Source: the human T2T-CHM13v2.0 reference genome, Homo sapiens
Assembly (NCBI RefSeq): GCF_009914755.1
Contig: NC_060935.1
Length of the DNA: 64,000 nt
Reading direction: 5' to 3' (one strand)
In this document: positions 23,725 through 38,817 of the stretch, in pieces
Numbering within the stretch: position 1 is the stretch's first letter
Layout of the letters: the number at the start of each line of letters is the position of its first letter
Position numbers and translations under genes: made by a program
The notes under the pieces: generated by a model
The model's database searches: none
What the model was told of the DNA's origin: nothing
Seen by the model: the letters and a program-made list of their open reading frames with translations, nothing else

Positions 23725-25195
23725 AAAATATTAGATAACGATAAATTAGGGCTCTACGCTGCACTCTCCTTCAGGTGCCTATGCATGTCAAACACAAATG
23801 ATACCCGTGAGAGCAAGATTTCAAAAATAAGCAAGTATGTATATATACACCAGGGCACAGACACTTGAAATCAGAAAGTAATGAGGGCACTAGTAACTAA
23901 ACAAAATGCCCATATATCACATCACATTCCTGATTTTGTTTGTATCAGGAATGCGACGTGATATATGGGTTTTAAAAGCAAAAAGACTTTCTTAGTGCAC
24001 AATGCATATAATTGGTGATGGAACAAATAAAAGGAACCCAAGAAAACACAATGTAATGGCAGTGCTTGGGGCATCTGCTTATTCATTATTTTCCTACCAT
24101 TACAAGAAAACACTTTGAAGAGAACTCATCAAGTACTCGTTAGCCATCTACTCAGCAGGATTTCAGAGCAGACTTCTTAAACCATGGGTGATACCCTAAT
24201 CTCCATCAGGCACTATTAGAGCTGCATTAATCCAGGCTAATTCTAAATCCAAGTGCCATTAGCATTCTAGAGCCAAGAAGCAAATAGGATTTGCTTTCTC
24301 CAAGACAAAATTCCAAGGCACCACACCCGCTGGAAAGGTCACTGCAGGACTACTCTTTACATCACTGCATTACATTCTCTGCTGCAAGAATGAACATGCA
24401 TACAGGCACTGACCTTCAGATTTGTCCCTGCAGGAAGTGCCCACAGAAATGAAATTCAGCAAAGCCCAAAATAGGCAGGAGCCTTTTGTATCTCTCCCAG
24501 GCTGGAGGGAAGCTGAGAACTTTAACGAACTACACACTTTCCAATGACCTTGAGACTATTTACATCCTTAAAGTGATAAGCAGGGGCTCTCTCGGGATCA
24601 TTTAGAGTGCCCGCTTTTCTCATCTGAGCCTTTGCTGATAAGCTTTGAATTTTATCTTCTGATTCTACATTTTTAGCGACAATTCCCTAAACTTTTATCT
24701 TCTCAGGATTTCAAGCCATCGTCATTCTCTTTCACATTTTGTCCAGGTTTCCTTTTTCCTTGCTGACATACTTTTTATCCTTTGAAGTTTATAAACAAGC
24801 TTTAAGATAAAGCAGCTTTCTTCTCTTTATAATCAGTTGTATACCCTTTCCATACTTACCCAGTGCCCATTTAACAATAACAATAGCAGTCAACACTTGC
24901 TGAGCACTTACTATGAGCCAGGTAGTACTCTAAACCAGATTCGAAACATGGATTAATTCATTCATTCTTCACAACAATTATACAAGGCAGATGCTAATGA
25001 GAAAAAAATTGAAACATAGTGAATTTAATTCACTTGTCTCAGCTCACACTGCCAGTAATGGTAAAAGTGGGATTTGAACTTGGGCAGCACGGCTACAGAG
25101 CCCATATTCCTAACCACTTAACAATTCCAAGTCTTTATGAATTCTGTAATTGGCATCGGTATGGGCATCAGAATAACATACCAAGTTCCTAATCA

Positions 25196-25473
<278 letters not shown>

Positions 25474-26355
25474 TCATGGATCTACAGAAGGAGGAATGGC
25501 AAAGGTAGCAGGGGTGCATGGCCACTTTCTATGTAGATCTCCAGCCCAGGGAAGGGCACAAGGAAGGCACAGGCAGATGCTGGCAGCCAGCAGCCTCAGC
25601 AACAGAGGAGCCAATGCAGCCAGGGCAGGGGGAAACAGCTTTCTGTGAGGAAGAGAAAGGGAAGGGCTGTCTATCCCATCATATATCCCATCATAAGCAG
25701 GGTTCTTGGGAGTGTGCATCACCCCTTTTGTGAGTACCCGGAGGTGGACTGTAAAGTTTTACTTCCCTGAGAAGCATCCTGCTATTTACTCTTACCTTGG
25801 GGAAAGAAGACTTTGAAAGCTATCTCCTCTATCATTCATCAGAGAACTAAGATTAAACAGGTTGCCTCAGTTCCTATCATTATGCTGCCATGACACCTGA
25901 GATTCAATTTGCTCTCTCCATCCCTGTATAACAGAAAAGGCTTTTTCAGGTGCATATTTTATAGCTTGGGCTTAGGTGCCTGTAGAATTGACTTAAGTAT
26001 CTTTCGCCACAGAGAGCAGGGGCTTTGGGAAAGGCTGCTGGCAGAGTATGAGCAAACCCAGTGGAGGAGGGTGGAGACTGGGGGGTGCCAGGACACGTGT
26101 ACAAAGAACTCCAGGGCCTGGAACTGGCAACATAGCCATCAGGGTTCTCTCAGTCCTGATGCACACGTAAACCCTTATATACCTATTTCTGACAATATGG
26201 CAGGCAGCTTAAAGGGCTTATTAGAATTCTAACTTGCTGACATTTCCCTCAAGCCTGGCTACTTCCCTTGTCTAGTGTTTTGCTGGTGTGCAGTCATGCC
26301 AATATCCACACCCAAATGTGTATTAATTTGAGTACACCTTTGCACTTTATGTTTA

Positions 26356-26765
<410 letters not shown>

Positions 26766-28819
26766 CTATAACCTCTAAAAAGAGAATTAAATTTTCTAAA
26801 AATCACAATTATGTGTAGTTTTCCCTAGCTGACTATTTGGTATTTACTTGTCTTCAACATGTAGTATATCTGATGACAGGCAGTTTATTGTGTGCACTTT
26901 ATTTTTAACATCACCTATAACAATTCTATCTGAAGAAACAGCCATTGCATGGTTAGCCCCTCTGTCTTCAGGGTACTCGTAAGAGGGCTGATAGGGATCC
27001 CCAGTGACGTAGGAGGTAAGCTGAGGGCCGTCAATTTCCATTTTGTAGTGACCCCTAAGAGGCTGTGACCTCCAGGCCCAATCTCTTATGGCAAAGGAAG
27101 AGGGTGGTCACATATACACAAAGAAGAGATTCTGGGATATTTCTTGAATGCAAAACCAAAAAATGTGTATTCAAATCTGACTCTCCTTTAATGCCTAGAA
27201 CTTCCATGCCCTGACAGATCAGAGATAAGTTGACAAATCTTAGCCAACTCCCCTCTTGGCTAAATAGTTCCAAATGAAGACTAAAGAAAGCTTCTAAGGG
27301 AATCACTACATTTGCTCTATGATTTGTGCTGTCTTTAAGGAGGCAGTTTAACCAAGTATTTCCCTGCTTTTGTTTTAAGCTTCTATTATTTACCTCTAAC
27401 CCATCCACAGCACTTTTCACTCATTTGTGGATGAAACAGCCCTCTAAATACTAAACCGGAACAAGTTTATAACAATAACATTAGAGCTATGTTCAGGAGA
27501 AGTGTAGTCAGGTGAGATATTAAGTCACCCTTTTCCTTTACTTAGCCATAATTTCACAGTTGAAATATCTGGATAGTGTCTATGAAACAAAGTGTGTAAC
27601 AGAATTCTGATTTTTATTTTAAATTATAAAGAGGGGTTAGAACTGAATGCCTAGAAAGTGTTGTGTTAATTTTTCTCTTCCCAGCTTCCTCCCGCTACAC
27701 TGTCCCCAAATTATACCTTATCTCGAAGGAATTATTCAATCTTTGGTCTCTTAACTGAGGCAGTCAATGAGGCAGTCAAGTCAGAAAAATCAGGCTGAGG
27801 AGGCCAATAATCCCATGTGATGGTAATTAACATTGAGTGGCCTCTTCTAATGTGCTAGAAGACAGTAAGAATCTGCTCATTGGGCCTTCATCCTTAATGA
27901 GGCAGAGGAGGGGTTTTGATAGGGGGGAAATGATTTGTTGGAAGCAAAAGGAATGGGACGCATCTTGAAATGTCATTTTCAGAGCACCTGGGCATCCTGG
28001 GTGAGGTAAGAAATTAGGTTCTTTACAAGTCCTTAGCCTCACTTCATCAAGATTGAGCTCTGGAGGTTTCATAGATGAGGACCTACACAGTCAACCAGGG
28101 TTAAATGACTTGCCCAAGGTCACACAGCGAGTTAGAGAGAGTACCAAAATTAGAATTCATAGTCTTTGTATTTCTAGTTCATTGGCTGGTGCACTAGAAC
28201 GAAAAAATATTCGGCATAATAAACCCCCAGAGCCATTCTTTTTTGACTTATAAATGTTGAGCAGATAACAGGCTCAGAATCTAAAAAGAATCTGTTTGAA
28301 ACTTAAAATTTAAACACATAGCCCACAGCTATAGTACTAGTCAGCAGAATGAAATGTTCTCTGTGATCATACCTTCCGGCCAGCATTAATTAAAAAGAAA
28401 AGAAGGAAATGGTGTGGGCTTAGAAATATATTACATGTACATACAAGGCTACTAGCTATTATCACTCATCTAGTTTATTTGATATTCAATATTTCATTCA
28501 AAAATATTATTTGCACATTGCACTGTATTAGACAGTGGGGCTGTAAGAGTGAATCAGACAGATATTTGGCCCCTCTATGTGTAAAAGTAGAGTCTTACAG
28601 TAGTCATCAAATAAGCAACCCTCTCCCAAATACAGTCAGGTTCCAATCCTCTAGGACGTGCCTCTTACCCCATTATTTGTGGGCCATTCTTCCCACTCAA
28701 ATCCACAAAAAGGGAAACAAAAGCACAGGTGCTTCAGACTTCCCTGACGTTTGACATTTCTTGTGTGATAGCTAAGAACAATGGATGCATATTGTATCTC
28801 TGCAGGGAACTCATGTAGA

Positions 28820-29508
<689 letters not shown>

Positions 29509-29854
29509 TCACCCCCTTCTCTTTCTAGTCCCTCCTGAAAGAGTACTTTTCTCAGATCCCTTTTCTTGACTACTATTAAGACCCTAGAAAGTAGCGAGCA
29601 AGTGATACAAGGAATCTGCATACTCAAAGGCCACATCACCTAGTTTCCACCTTTACTTTGTCCAGGGTAGCCCGCTGTGCTCTCAGTTCAGTTTAGATGC
29701 TTTCTTATGTGGACATATCCTAACATCTGTAGATAACTCTCCAGGCCTGAGGGGCTGTCAAAAATTCGGGATTTTCAAAATTCTGGTGTTTCTTGAAGCA
29801 AATTAGTCCAATAACATAGATTCATCCATCATGGTTAATTAATTTTTTCTGGCC

Positions 29855-29860
29855 TTTATT
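29855..29860 (-). terminator. Candidate intronic poly(A) signal AATAAA for the short FEZ1 form (alternative ATTAAA at 29491-29496)
   Basis: Plus-strand TTTATT about 320 nt past the read-through stop. Confidence 0.35.
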
Positions 29861-30180
29861 TCTAATATCTCGCTGGATTTCCACTGATATAAAGAAAGCT
29901 TAAGATAGACAGACCCTGAAATTTACTGTGCTCCTGAAATTCCATTTTGTATCTAGGAAAACCTTCATTCCTCTAAGGTTTCAATTTAAGAAAGTTCTCC
30001 TCAGGGGACTGTAAAGGGACATATATAGAGCTATGACAGCAAGTACCAGGGCACTGCTCCGCTGGCAACACGAAAATGAAAGTAATAGCCCATAAACCTA
30101 TAGACAGAAACCAGCACTATGTCAAGGAGACAAGGACTACAGGGCTCTCGACTGAAGCAGGAGAGGGCAATTAAGACTTC

Positions 30181-30495
30181 TTACTCCTCGTCCTGAAGGG
30201 TCTCCTCCTCCTCTTGGATCTGTAACTGGTTCTTCACGGGAGCTAGGTTCTCGGTCTTGGCGTTGTAGTTCCGAAAGCAGACATTGAGCTTCTCATCAAA
30301 TTCATTTACGAGGTCCTCCATGGACTTGAAGCTGATTATTTCGGAAGAAAAATTCTCAAGCTCGGAGAGGGAGGGGTCCTCGAGATGGTGGGGAGATGAA
30401 CCATAGAAACACTGGGGCTTCTCCTCCGGGTCCTCCGAGCAGGAGGGTCGAAGGTCCTCAAACTCTTCATCCAGACTCACCAGTGGGGCCTCCAT
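30181..30495 (-). CDS. FEZ1: Short 104-aa FEZ1 form made by reading through the exon 2 donor
   Basis: The donor GA|GTAA completes GAG (Glu104) followed immediately by TAA; ORF track 30181..30495. Confidence 0.7.
   Translation of the reverse strand: MEAPLVSLDEEFEDLRPSCSEDPEEKPQCFYGSSPHHLEDPSLSELENFSSEIISFKSMEDLVNEFDEKLNVCFRNYNAKTENLAPVKNQLQIQEEEETLQDEE
30185..30495 (-). CDS. FEZ1: FEZ1 exon 2, coding part (c.1-311; MEAPLVSLDEEFEDL...TLQDEE)
   Basis: Translation matches the FEZ1 N-terminus, including Ser58 in ISFKSMEDL. ATG at 30495-30493; donor GA|GTAAGA with intron starting at 30184. Confidence 0.98.
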
Positions 30496-30540
30496 TCTTG
30501 CTCAGCAGGAGAACAACAGCGACTTTCAGGATGAGTTTAT
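30496..30540 (-). other. FEZ1: FEZ1 exon 2, 5'UTR part (45 nt)
   Basis: Acceptor TTCATTTCTTTTAG (AG at 30542-30541) lies 45 nt upstream of the ATG. Confidence 0.9.
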
Positions 30541-30926
30541 CTAAAAGAAATGAACAGCGTAATGTGAGTTTAGACCAGGCTAATCTAAATAATAGAGTTA
30601 ACTTTAGAGACACACCTGCTTCCAATTCCCTACTCCAAAAAACAAGGCACTGGTTAAGTACGAAGCTCCTGGACAAGATCGTCTAGGTTTGCATTCTGTT
30701 CTGTCCTACCAGCTGTGACCTTGGGCAAGTGATTAATTGCTCTGTGCTTCTTATTCTTCTCAAGACAGATATAATACTGAACCCACCTCAAAGGGCTGTT
30801 AGAAGACTAAAGGAGTAAACACAGGTGAGTGCTTAAAACAGTACCTGGAAGATAATAAGTGCCAATATTATTGAATACTTTCTGTTGGTGTTTTAGTATT
30901 ATTATTTTTATTACTATTACTATTAC

Positions 30927-31250
30927 CACAGATCCATATCCTTAACTATGTGATCTGAAAGCTGAAAATTCTCCATGACTTGTTTGGCAGCAAAATGTGA
31001 CATGATCTAAACTCATCTGGCAACTAAACATGACCAACATGAATATAAAGCTGTTCATGGCTTTAATTTATCCCATTTTGTGTGTTTTGCTGCAGAAATA
31101 TTAACTTTTTAATTACAAAGATTGCTATCCCAGATCCCACTGGATGAAATGCGGAATGTACACTCTATTACTACTTTCCAAAATCTGAAATAATCTGAAT
31201 TCCAAATGCCTGGCCCCAGGGGTTTTGGATAAGGGTTTGTATACCTAGAT
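30927..31250. mobile_element. Tigger4/MER46C-like DNA transposon remnant
   Basis: TTCCAAAATCTGAAA...CTGGCCCCAGG...TTTTGGATAAGGG end motif. Confidence 0.5.
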
Positions 31251-32699
31251 ATTACTACCCTTATCAATAAATAGTAGAAACTAATAAAACATTGGCTGGA
31301 TGTGGTGGCTCATGCTTGTAATCCCAGCACTTTGGGAGGTTGAGGTGGGAGGATCATTTGAGCTCACTCAGGAGTTCAAGACCAGCCTGGGCAACATAGT
31401 AAGGTCCCATCTCTATTTTTATTTTTTTAAAAAAACTAATAAAACATCAATAGAGACCTTCCAATAAATGCCTGAGTTGTTTTTGTTTCGTTTCGCTTTT
31501 GAGACATAGCTTCACTCTGTGGCCCAGGCTGGAGTGCAGTGGTGTGATCTCAGCTCACTGCAACCTACACCTCTGGGTTCCACCAATCCTCATGCCTTGG
31601 CCTCCCAAGTAGCTGCGTGTGCCACCACACCCAGCTAATTTTTGTATTATTAGTAGAGATGGGGTTTCACCATGTTGGCCAGGCTGGTCTCGAACTCCTG
31701 ACCTCAGGTGATCTACCTGCCTCAGCCTCCCAAAGTTCTGGGATTACAGGCATGAGCCACCGTGCCCAGACAAGCACCCAAGGTTTTCCCACACATAGAG
31801 CATATGCCTAGGAGCAGAGGAATAGACTAAATGATCTATTATCCTGTATCCTGTAAGAAACAGACCCAACTACCCATGTGCTCCAAAGCCATACTCCATA
31901 ACCATCTTGGGCACTGCACCCTGGAACGCTGCACACACAGAACTCCCTTCAGTTCCCACCAACTGTGGGACCTCTACCCCTCATCGGGCCATCTTCATGC
32001 ACTGCTTCCAACTGTGATTTATCCATCTGTGTGTACATCTGGGCCCCATTCAATTTTAACTTAAATTCCTCGAGGACACAGAAATCCTCTGGATATCTTC
32101 CCTGGCTCCAAATATACACTGCCTACCCTGTGGCTAGGCAGTCAATCAATATGTGCTCGTTGAAAAAATGATCTATCTCCCACATACAGTTTTCCATTTT
32201 CAGTTTCAGGCAGCACAAGCATTGCTGACTATCATACCCTTCTCTACACGCTCAACAGAAAGGCTACCAAGCTTTTCTCTTCGGTCTATAGGGTTATTGA
32301 TATAGTTAGGTGCTCAAATTGGAGGCGCTTCCTGAGGGGAACCAGACAGCAAAATTCATGGATTTTGCCCTAGGAGTGCCCATTCTCCATCTCTACCTAC
32401 AAAACTAAAACTCTAAATAAGCAAGGCAAAGGACATGCCAGGCAAGAACACTGCCAGTTTGTACCGGGATTTTGCTGGGATTAAGTTGATTACCGTTGCT
32501 TTAAAACATATTTGGAGCATTTACAGTTTGCAAAGGCAACATGATAGGACCTTTGAATACAAAAATATATACAAGTAGTACCATATCTTGGAAAGAAGAC
32601 AGGCTCGAGAGCCAACAGATCTGCCAATGGCTGGCTGAGTGACAAGCATCATTGGTCCTGATTTCCTCATTTGTTATAAGGAAGGTGTTGGTACAGAGT

Positions 32700-32976
32700 T
32701 AACATCTTTAGGAGTTATTTTTAATAAATCAATAATTTAATTAATCATTTTGATTGAAGTAATATGTTTATTTAATCCAATATATCCAAAGTGTTACCAT
32801 TTCAAAATGTAATCCACAAAAAAACTAATGAGGCAGTTTTTATTCTTTTTTTATACTAAGCCCTTTGAAATCCAGTGTATATTTTCCATTTACAGTACAT
32901 CTCACTTTGGACTAGCCACATTGCAAGTGCTCAACAGTCAAATGTGGCCTGTGGCTACCGCAAGGGACAACACAGC
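32700..32976. mobile_element. MER33/Charlie1-like hAT remnant
   Basis: GGACTAGCCACATT...GTGCTCAA...ATGTGGC...GTGGCTACC terminal motif. Confidence 0.6.
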
Positions 32977-33743
32977 TCTAAAGCAAACACAAGTAATTGC
33001 CAGTCAGGGGTTCTTCATCTTCAGTACATAGACCCCTGCAGGCTCTTTGAAGGTAACTATATTTCAATGAAATTGGTTTCCTTTACAAGACTAAGTATTT
33101 TATTTTATGCATTTAAAAACATTATTTGGAGAAGGAGCCCACAGGCTTCTCCATACCACCAAAGGAGGTCATAGTGCAAAAAAGATTAAGAATCCCTGAG
33201 CAACAAAAAAGTGAGATTAGAAAAGATGGCAGAATGCAGTAGAGAGTAAAACAGTTTTCACAGCCCAGGGATTTGTGTTGATTAAGGCAGTACTCTGTGA
33301 TGGCTAAGAGCATAGGCTTTGGGTTCCTGTCCTGGTCCTGTCACTCCTAGTTGGGAGACTTTGGGCAAGTTATCAACCTCACTGTGCCTCAATTTCATCA
33401 TCTATAAAATGGAGTTTAAAACAGTGCTTCCCTTGAAGATTACTTTTTGGACTAAATGAGATCATCTTTGAAGTGTTAAGTACAATGTGCAGAATATAGA
33501 AAGCATCCAATAAATATCAATCATTCTAGAAAAATCAAAGCTGGGCACGGTGGCTCACACCTGTAATCCCAGCAACTGGAGAGGCTGAGGCAGGAGGATT
33601 GGTTGAGCCCATGAGTTTGAGGCTATAGTGAGCTATGATCACACTACTGTATGCCAGCCTGGGTGACAAAGTGAGACCCTATCTTTAAAAAAAAAAAAAA
33701 AAAAGTTAAAAATAATTCTAGGAAAACCAGGATAGCTAACTTA

Positions 33744-34264
<521 letters not shown>

Positions 34265-35789
34265 TCAAGTAAAAGAAAAATTATCCCTGCCATGATATTC
34301 TCTGTGCAATGCTTCAATATGCTTATCAAACAAGAGAACTATTGCTGAAAGAATTTTAGCATCTTTTTTACTAAGGCTTCTTTTTTCAATTTATTTGTTC
34401 AAAGGTTCCTGGATCGTGGGTTCCATTTTACAGAGATATGAAAGCCAATCCGATAGTGTTGCAGGTATTTACACTGCCTTTAAATTTGTACTTTTCTCTG
34501 GGAATGACAGGGGAGAAGCAGATGGTGACACCAGTGGGGTTTCTGATTTGAAATGACACAGTCTATATGATTAACCAGCAACAAGAGGCCAATCCAACCA
34601 GAATCTAGGACTAAGACTGAGTTTTGAGTGTTGGCAACAGGAAGAGTGTGCTGAAAGCACTCTGCCCAGGCAGAGTGTAGAGAAAATGGATTCATCTAGA
34701 AAATTATAAAAGACGAAATGAATATCACAGCTCTAGGGTTCAGACACATGCTCATTTGAAACAGTCCATAATATAGACTGATTGTTTTTTGTCAACTCAT
34801 TATCCAAGAGCCAAGAAGTGCTGCATGAATGACCATCTGGAGATGAAGTTAAAGTGAAAGCCAGTGCTGGGAAACTAGTCACTCAACACCCAAACTGAAT
34901 CCAGCATTTGTGGAAAGACCTCAGGCTGTGGCACAGATGAGAGTCAGGCGTTCTGACTGGCCCCACTATAGCCTCCAGGAGGGCTCTGTGGATTGGGGTT
35001 GGCAGCACTTCCTTAGATGGTGACCCTGCCTTCCTTCCTTTAGCCCACTTTCTTTCGCCCTCCTCTCTTCACGGAGTGCTTTCATCCTTCAACTAAAATG
35101 TCTGAAACAACCTTATTTTCCATCCTGGCAAGCTTGCACCATCCTCATTCATAGCTCATCTGGGAGCCTTCTTTTCCTTAAAGTAGGATTAATACAAGCG
35201 ATAGCTTATTCCCTTTAGACTTCCAAGATCAAAAATAAATACGTACATACATGAAAATGGCAGAAAGAAGGAACCATGGGAGGGTCGCCTTTTCTTTTTC
35301 TCTTTACCACAGAACAGAGCGCAGGACTATAGTCTGATTGTCCTACAATCTATTCCATTTATTTTCACTCCCAATAGATGGTGTAATTTGGAAAAGAAAA
35401 GACACTCACGGGGCTTAACAGAGACCCAGTAGGAAACGCATAAACGTCTCCCTGCAGCACAATGATGCACTCGCTGCATCTCGGGGCTGCGGTACAAATG
35501 CTCAGTCCCTGCTTTGCTGAGCTGACCCGAGTGGAGCGGAGCGGTGGAGATTTCACCACGCTAACCCCGCTGGGCCTCGGCACCTCCACACAAGCCCCAT
35601 TCCATCTCCTTCTTCCCATCACTTGGTCCATAGATCAACTGATTCCGTGCCTCGTCCCCCATATCCGTCCCTAAAACCTACCCTGCACTGATCCACCTTC
35701 AGATTTCCCACTGCTCCTCCGCAGAACCCACCCAGTGTGCATGTTTGTGCACATTTTGACAGAAAAAGTATTTCGTTGCATATGGATCA

Positions 35790-37100
35790 GCAACCCCTTC
35801 GCGGTTCTGCTTGCTCCCCTCCCCCTCCTCCCGCTGCTCCATTCACCTCCATCTCAGATCCCCCTCCTCCCCCCAGTCCGGTGGGGTAAAGAAAGCCTCC
35901 TCCAGGCAGCACAATGGCTGGCACTCTGAGGAAGCCGGACTCATCCCGTGCAGGCCGCATACACACTCCACTGCCCTTCCGGCCAAACAAGCCCGGACAC
36001 GGGAGAGGGATGAGAGTCGGGGATGCCTAGCGGCGAGGAGAGAAGGGATAGGCAAAAGGGAAGAAGAGCGGGCTGTGATACCTCCTCGACGCCGTCAAAC
36101 ACTGCTCCCCGCATTCCAGAGCCCGGGGCCCACCCGACGGCAGCGCGCCCCGCCACCGCGCAGCCGCCCCGGTCCCTTCTCCCGCCCGTCTGTAGTAAAA
36201 CAATCGCTCTCCCGGCGTCTGCGGCCGCTGCCAGCGGTTCTGACACTGCAGGAATGCGCGGTCTGGGGAAGGCTCCGCACTCTGGGGAGGGGCACGAGCG
36301 GGGTCGGGGGTAAGTTTTTAGGGACAAAGATGATCTTGGGGCGTTTACGGTGACTGGACCAGATAACGGTCCCGGGACGAGGTACCGACCCACTGCCCCA
36401 GCGCGATCGGGCGGCGTTCCCTTCTTCCCCCAGCCCCCATACCTCGCCGCCTGCCTTCACACGCGCGCACACACGCGGGCACACACACGCGGACACACAC
36501 ACACACACACCAGGCCTGGCTGGAGGGCCGATGCTGAGATGATACTGGAAGTGCCCATCATCCCACATCTCCAGGGCCTGGCGCGGCGTCCCAGCTGCGC
36601 TCCCTGAAGGGCTGGGCAGGAAGGCGACGGCCTCCCGTTGTTCCTTTCTAATCCCAGAATGGGACCAGGTGAGGGGAGCTGCGGCGACCCCAGACCGTCC
36701 TGTCAGAGAATCCCGGGGCCTCCTTACCACCCCCACCAGACCCCACCCCCAGCAGTGAGTCGGGTCCTAACTAAAGTCGACCCCCGCGACGGCACCTGTG
36801 CGGGTCCTGGCGGAGGGAGGCGGATCCCGGGGCTCAGCCGGACACCCCCATCCACGGGCCGCGGGAGCGGCCGGAGCGCAGCGCAGCGCAGCGGAGAGCC
36901 AGCCAGCCAGCCAGCCAGCGAGCGCTCCCCGCGCAGCTCCGGCGGCGCCCGGCTCCGCTCCCGCCTCCACCCCACCCCTTCCCCGCGCTCGTGCCCGGGC
37001 TCCGGGGGCGCGCCCGCGCTCGGGCACCCACCCAACTGGCACGCGCGGGAGCTGGACGTCATCCCCTCGTTAACATTCATAGCCTTCCTCCGAGCACGTG
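35790..37100. promoter_or_regulatory. CpG island / FEZ1 promoter
   Basis: Very high GC and CpG density relative to the rest of the window; GC boxes, CRE-like TGACGTC (minus, 37055-37061), E-box CACGTG 37095-37100. Confidence 0.9.
36796..37030 (-). other. FEZ1: FEZ1 non-coding exon 1 (boundaries approximate)
   Basis: GC-rich core of the only CpG island upstream of exon 2. Candidate donors CAG|GTGCCG (intron from 36795) and GTG|GTAAGG (intron from 36727). TSS cannot be fixed from sequence. Confidence 0.65.
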
Positions 37101-38817
37101 GGCTTGCCTTTATTAATATTTATGCATTTCTGTTTCTCTCCTCTTTAACATTGGCCTTTCTGCTTCCCTCATGAATATTCAGAAACTCCAAGATGAAAGC
37201 GTGCAATAACTACCAATATGGATACCTCGCAAAGCCTGACACTAGTTTCTGGATAAAATGCAGGCGATGGCTGCTGGCGGATGCCGGCAGACACACTCAA
37301 AGACCCTTTTGGACTTTCCGAGTTTCCCATTCTCCTCTACTGGAGGCTGAGGCGGGCAGGCCCAGCGACGTCTCCCAGCTCCAACTGGGTTCGGACCTCA
37401 AGCCAAAAATGAGGAGGCCGGCAGGAGAGCTTTTCTCGCCCAAAGATGCTGGGTGGGAGCTGGATCCAGCTGAAAAATCTGAGTGAGAAGGTTTCAGGCC
37501 CAGGAGGACTTGAGATAATACAGGAAAATTCAAGAGGCTGAAATGAGAAGGGTCCCTGGAGTCTTGTGAAAAATTATTAATTTATCTTGTCTACTGTGCA
37601 TAGGCCTGTGCTTATAGAAGTTGTCAATAAAAAATCTAATAATTCACGAATACACACAACTAAGAGCACAAGAACTGTAATTATCGAAGGAAGGCACTGG
37701 AAAAAGCATGTCGGCTTGGAGAACCCCAAGTACTTTTGTCTGATGGCAAAGTACCTCTGGGCTGAACTGAGGACTTCAACTGGAAGGGGCAGGGAGCGTC
37801 TCTTTTGCTCGTTTATGCATTCATTCCACAGACATTTCAACCATGAGAAGGATGGAAACAGGAATAATGTCCCAATGAGATGAGAAGAAGCGTTGGCCTA
37901 TTTGCCTTTGTGGGAGCAATAGACAGAGGATGTCTTCCTGTAAGAAATCATAAGGCCAGGCACGGTGGCTCACACCTATAATCCCAACATGTTGGAAAGC
38001 TGAGGCAGGAGGATCACTTGAGGCCAGGAGTTCAAGACCAGCCTAGGCAACATAGTGAGACCCCATCTCTATAAAAAAAAAAAAATTAGCCAGGCATGGT
38101 GGGCCCATCCTGGTAGCCCATCCTGGTAGCCCCAGCTACACTGGAGGATGAGGTGGGAGGATCGCTTGAGCCCAAGAGGTTGAAGCTGCACTCCAGCCTG
38201 GGCGACAGCAAGACCTTGTCTCAAAAGTAAATAAATAAATAAATAAATCACAAAGAGTAGCTGGTTAAAAGATCCCTAGATCTCCTTTCTTGGGATCATG
38301 CCCAGTTTTGTGACCTTGGGTTAGTTAACTTCCCTGTGGCTCATTTCCTCATCTGTAAAATGAAGAAAATAATAGTGCCCGCCGGGCGCGGTGGCTCACG
38401 CCTGTAATCCCAGCACTTTGGGAGGCCGAGGCGGGCGGATCACGAGGTCAGGAGATCGAGACCATCCTGGCTAACACGGTGAAACCCCATCTCCACCAAA
38501 AATACAAAAAATCAGCTGTGCGTGGTGGCGGGCGCCTGTAGTCCCAATTACTCGGGAGGCTGAGAATGGCGTGCACCCAGGAGGCGGAGCTTGGAGTGAG
38601 CCGAGATTGCGCCACTGCACTCCAGCCTGGGTGACAGAGCGAGACTCCGACTCAAAAAAAAAAAAAAGAAAGAAAATAATAGTGCCCCACTCTATTGTGG
38701 CCTGTTGTGGGATTAAAGGAGTGAATATGAGTAAAGTACTTCCAGGTTTATTAGAAGGCACTATATGTATGTATGTGTGTATATATATACACACACACAT
38801 ATATATGTCATATATAT

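Noticed and set aside
35811-37174. Long overlapping ORFs (150-213 aa) on both strands
   Set aside because: Expected from stop-codon scarcity in a CpG island; low-complexity R/G/P/A peptides with no recognisable domain. An antisense non-coding transcript cannot be excluded.
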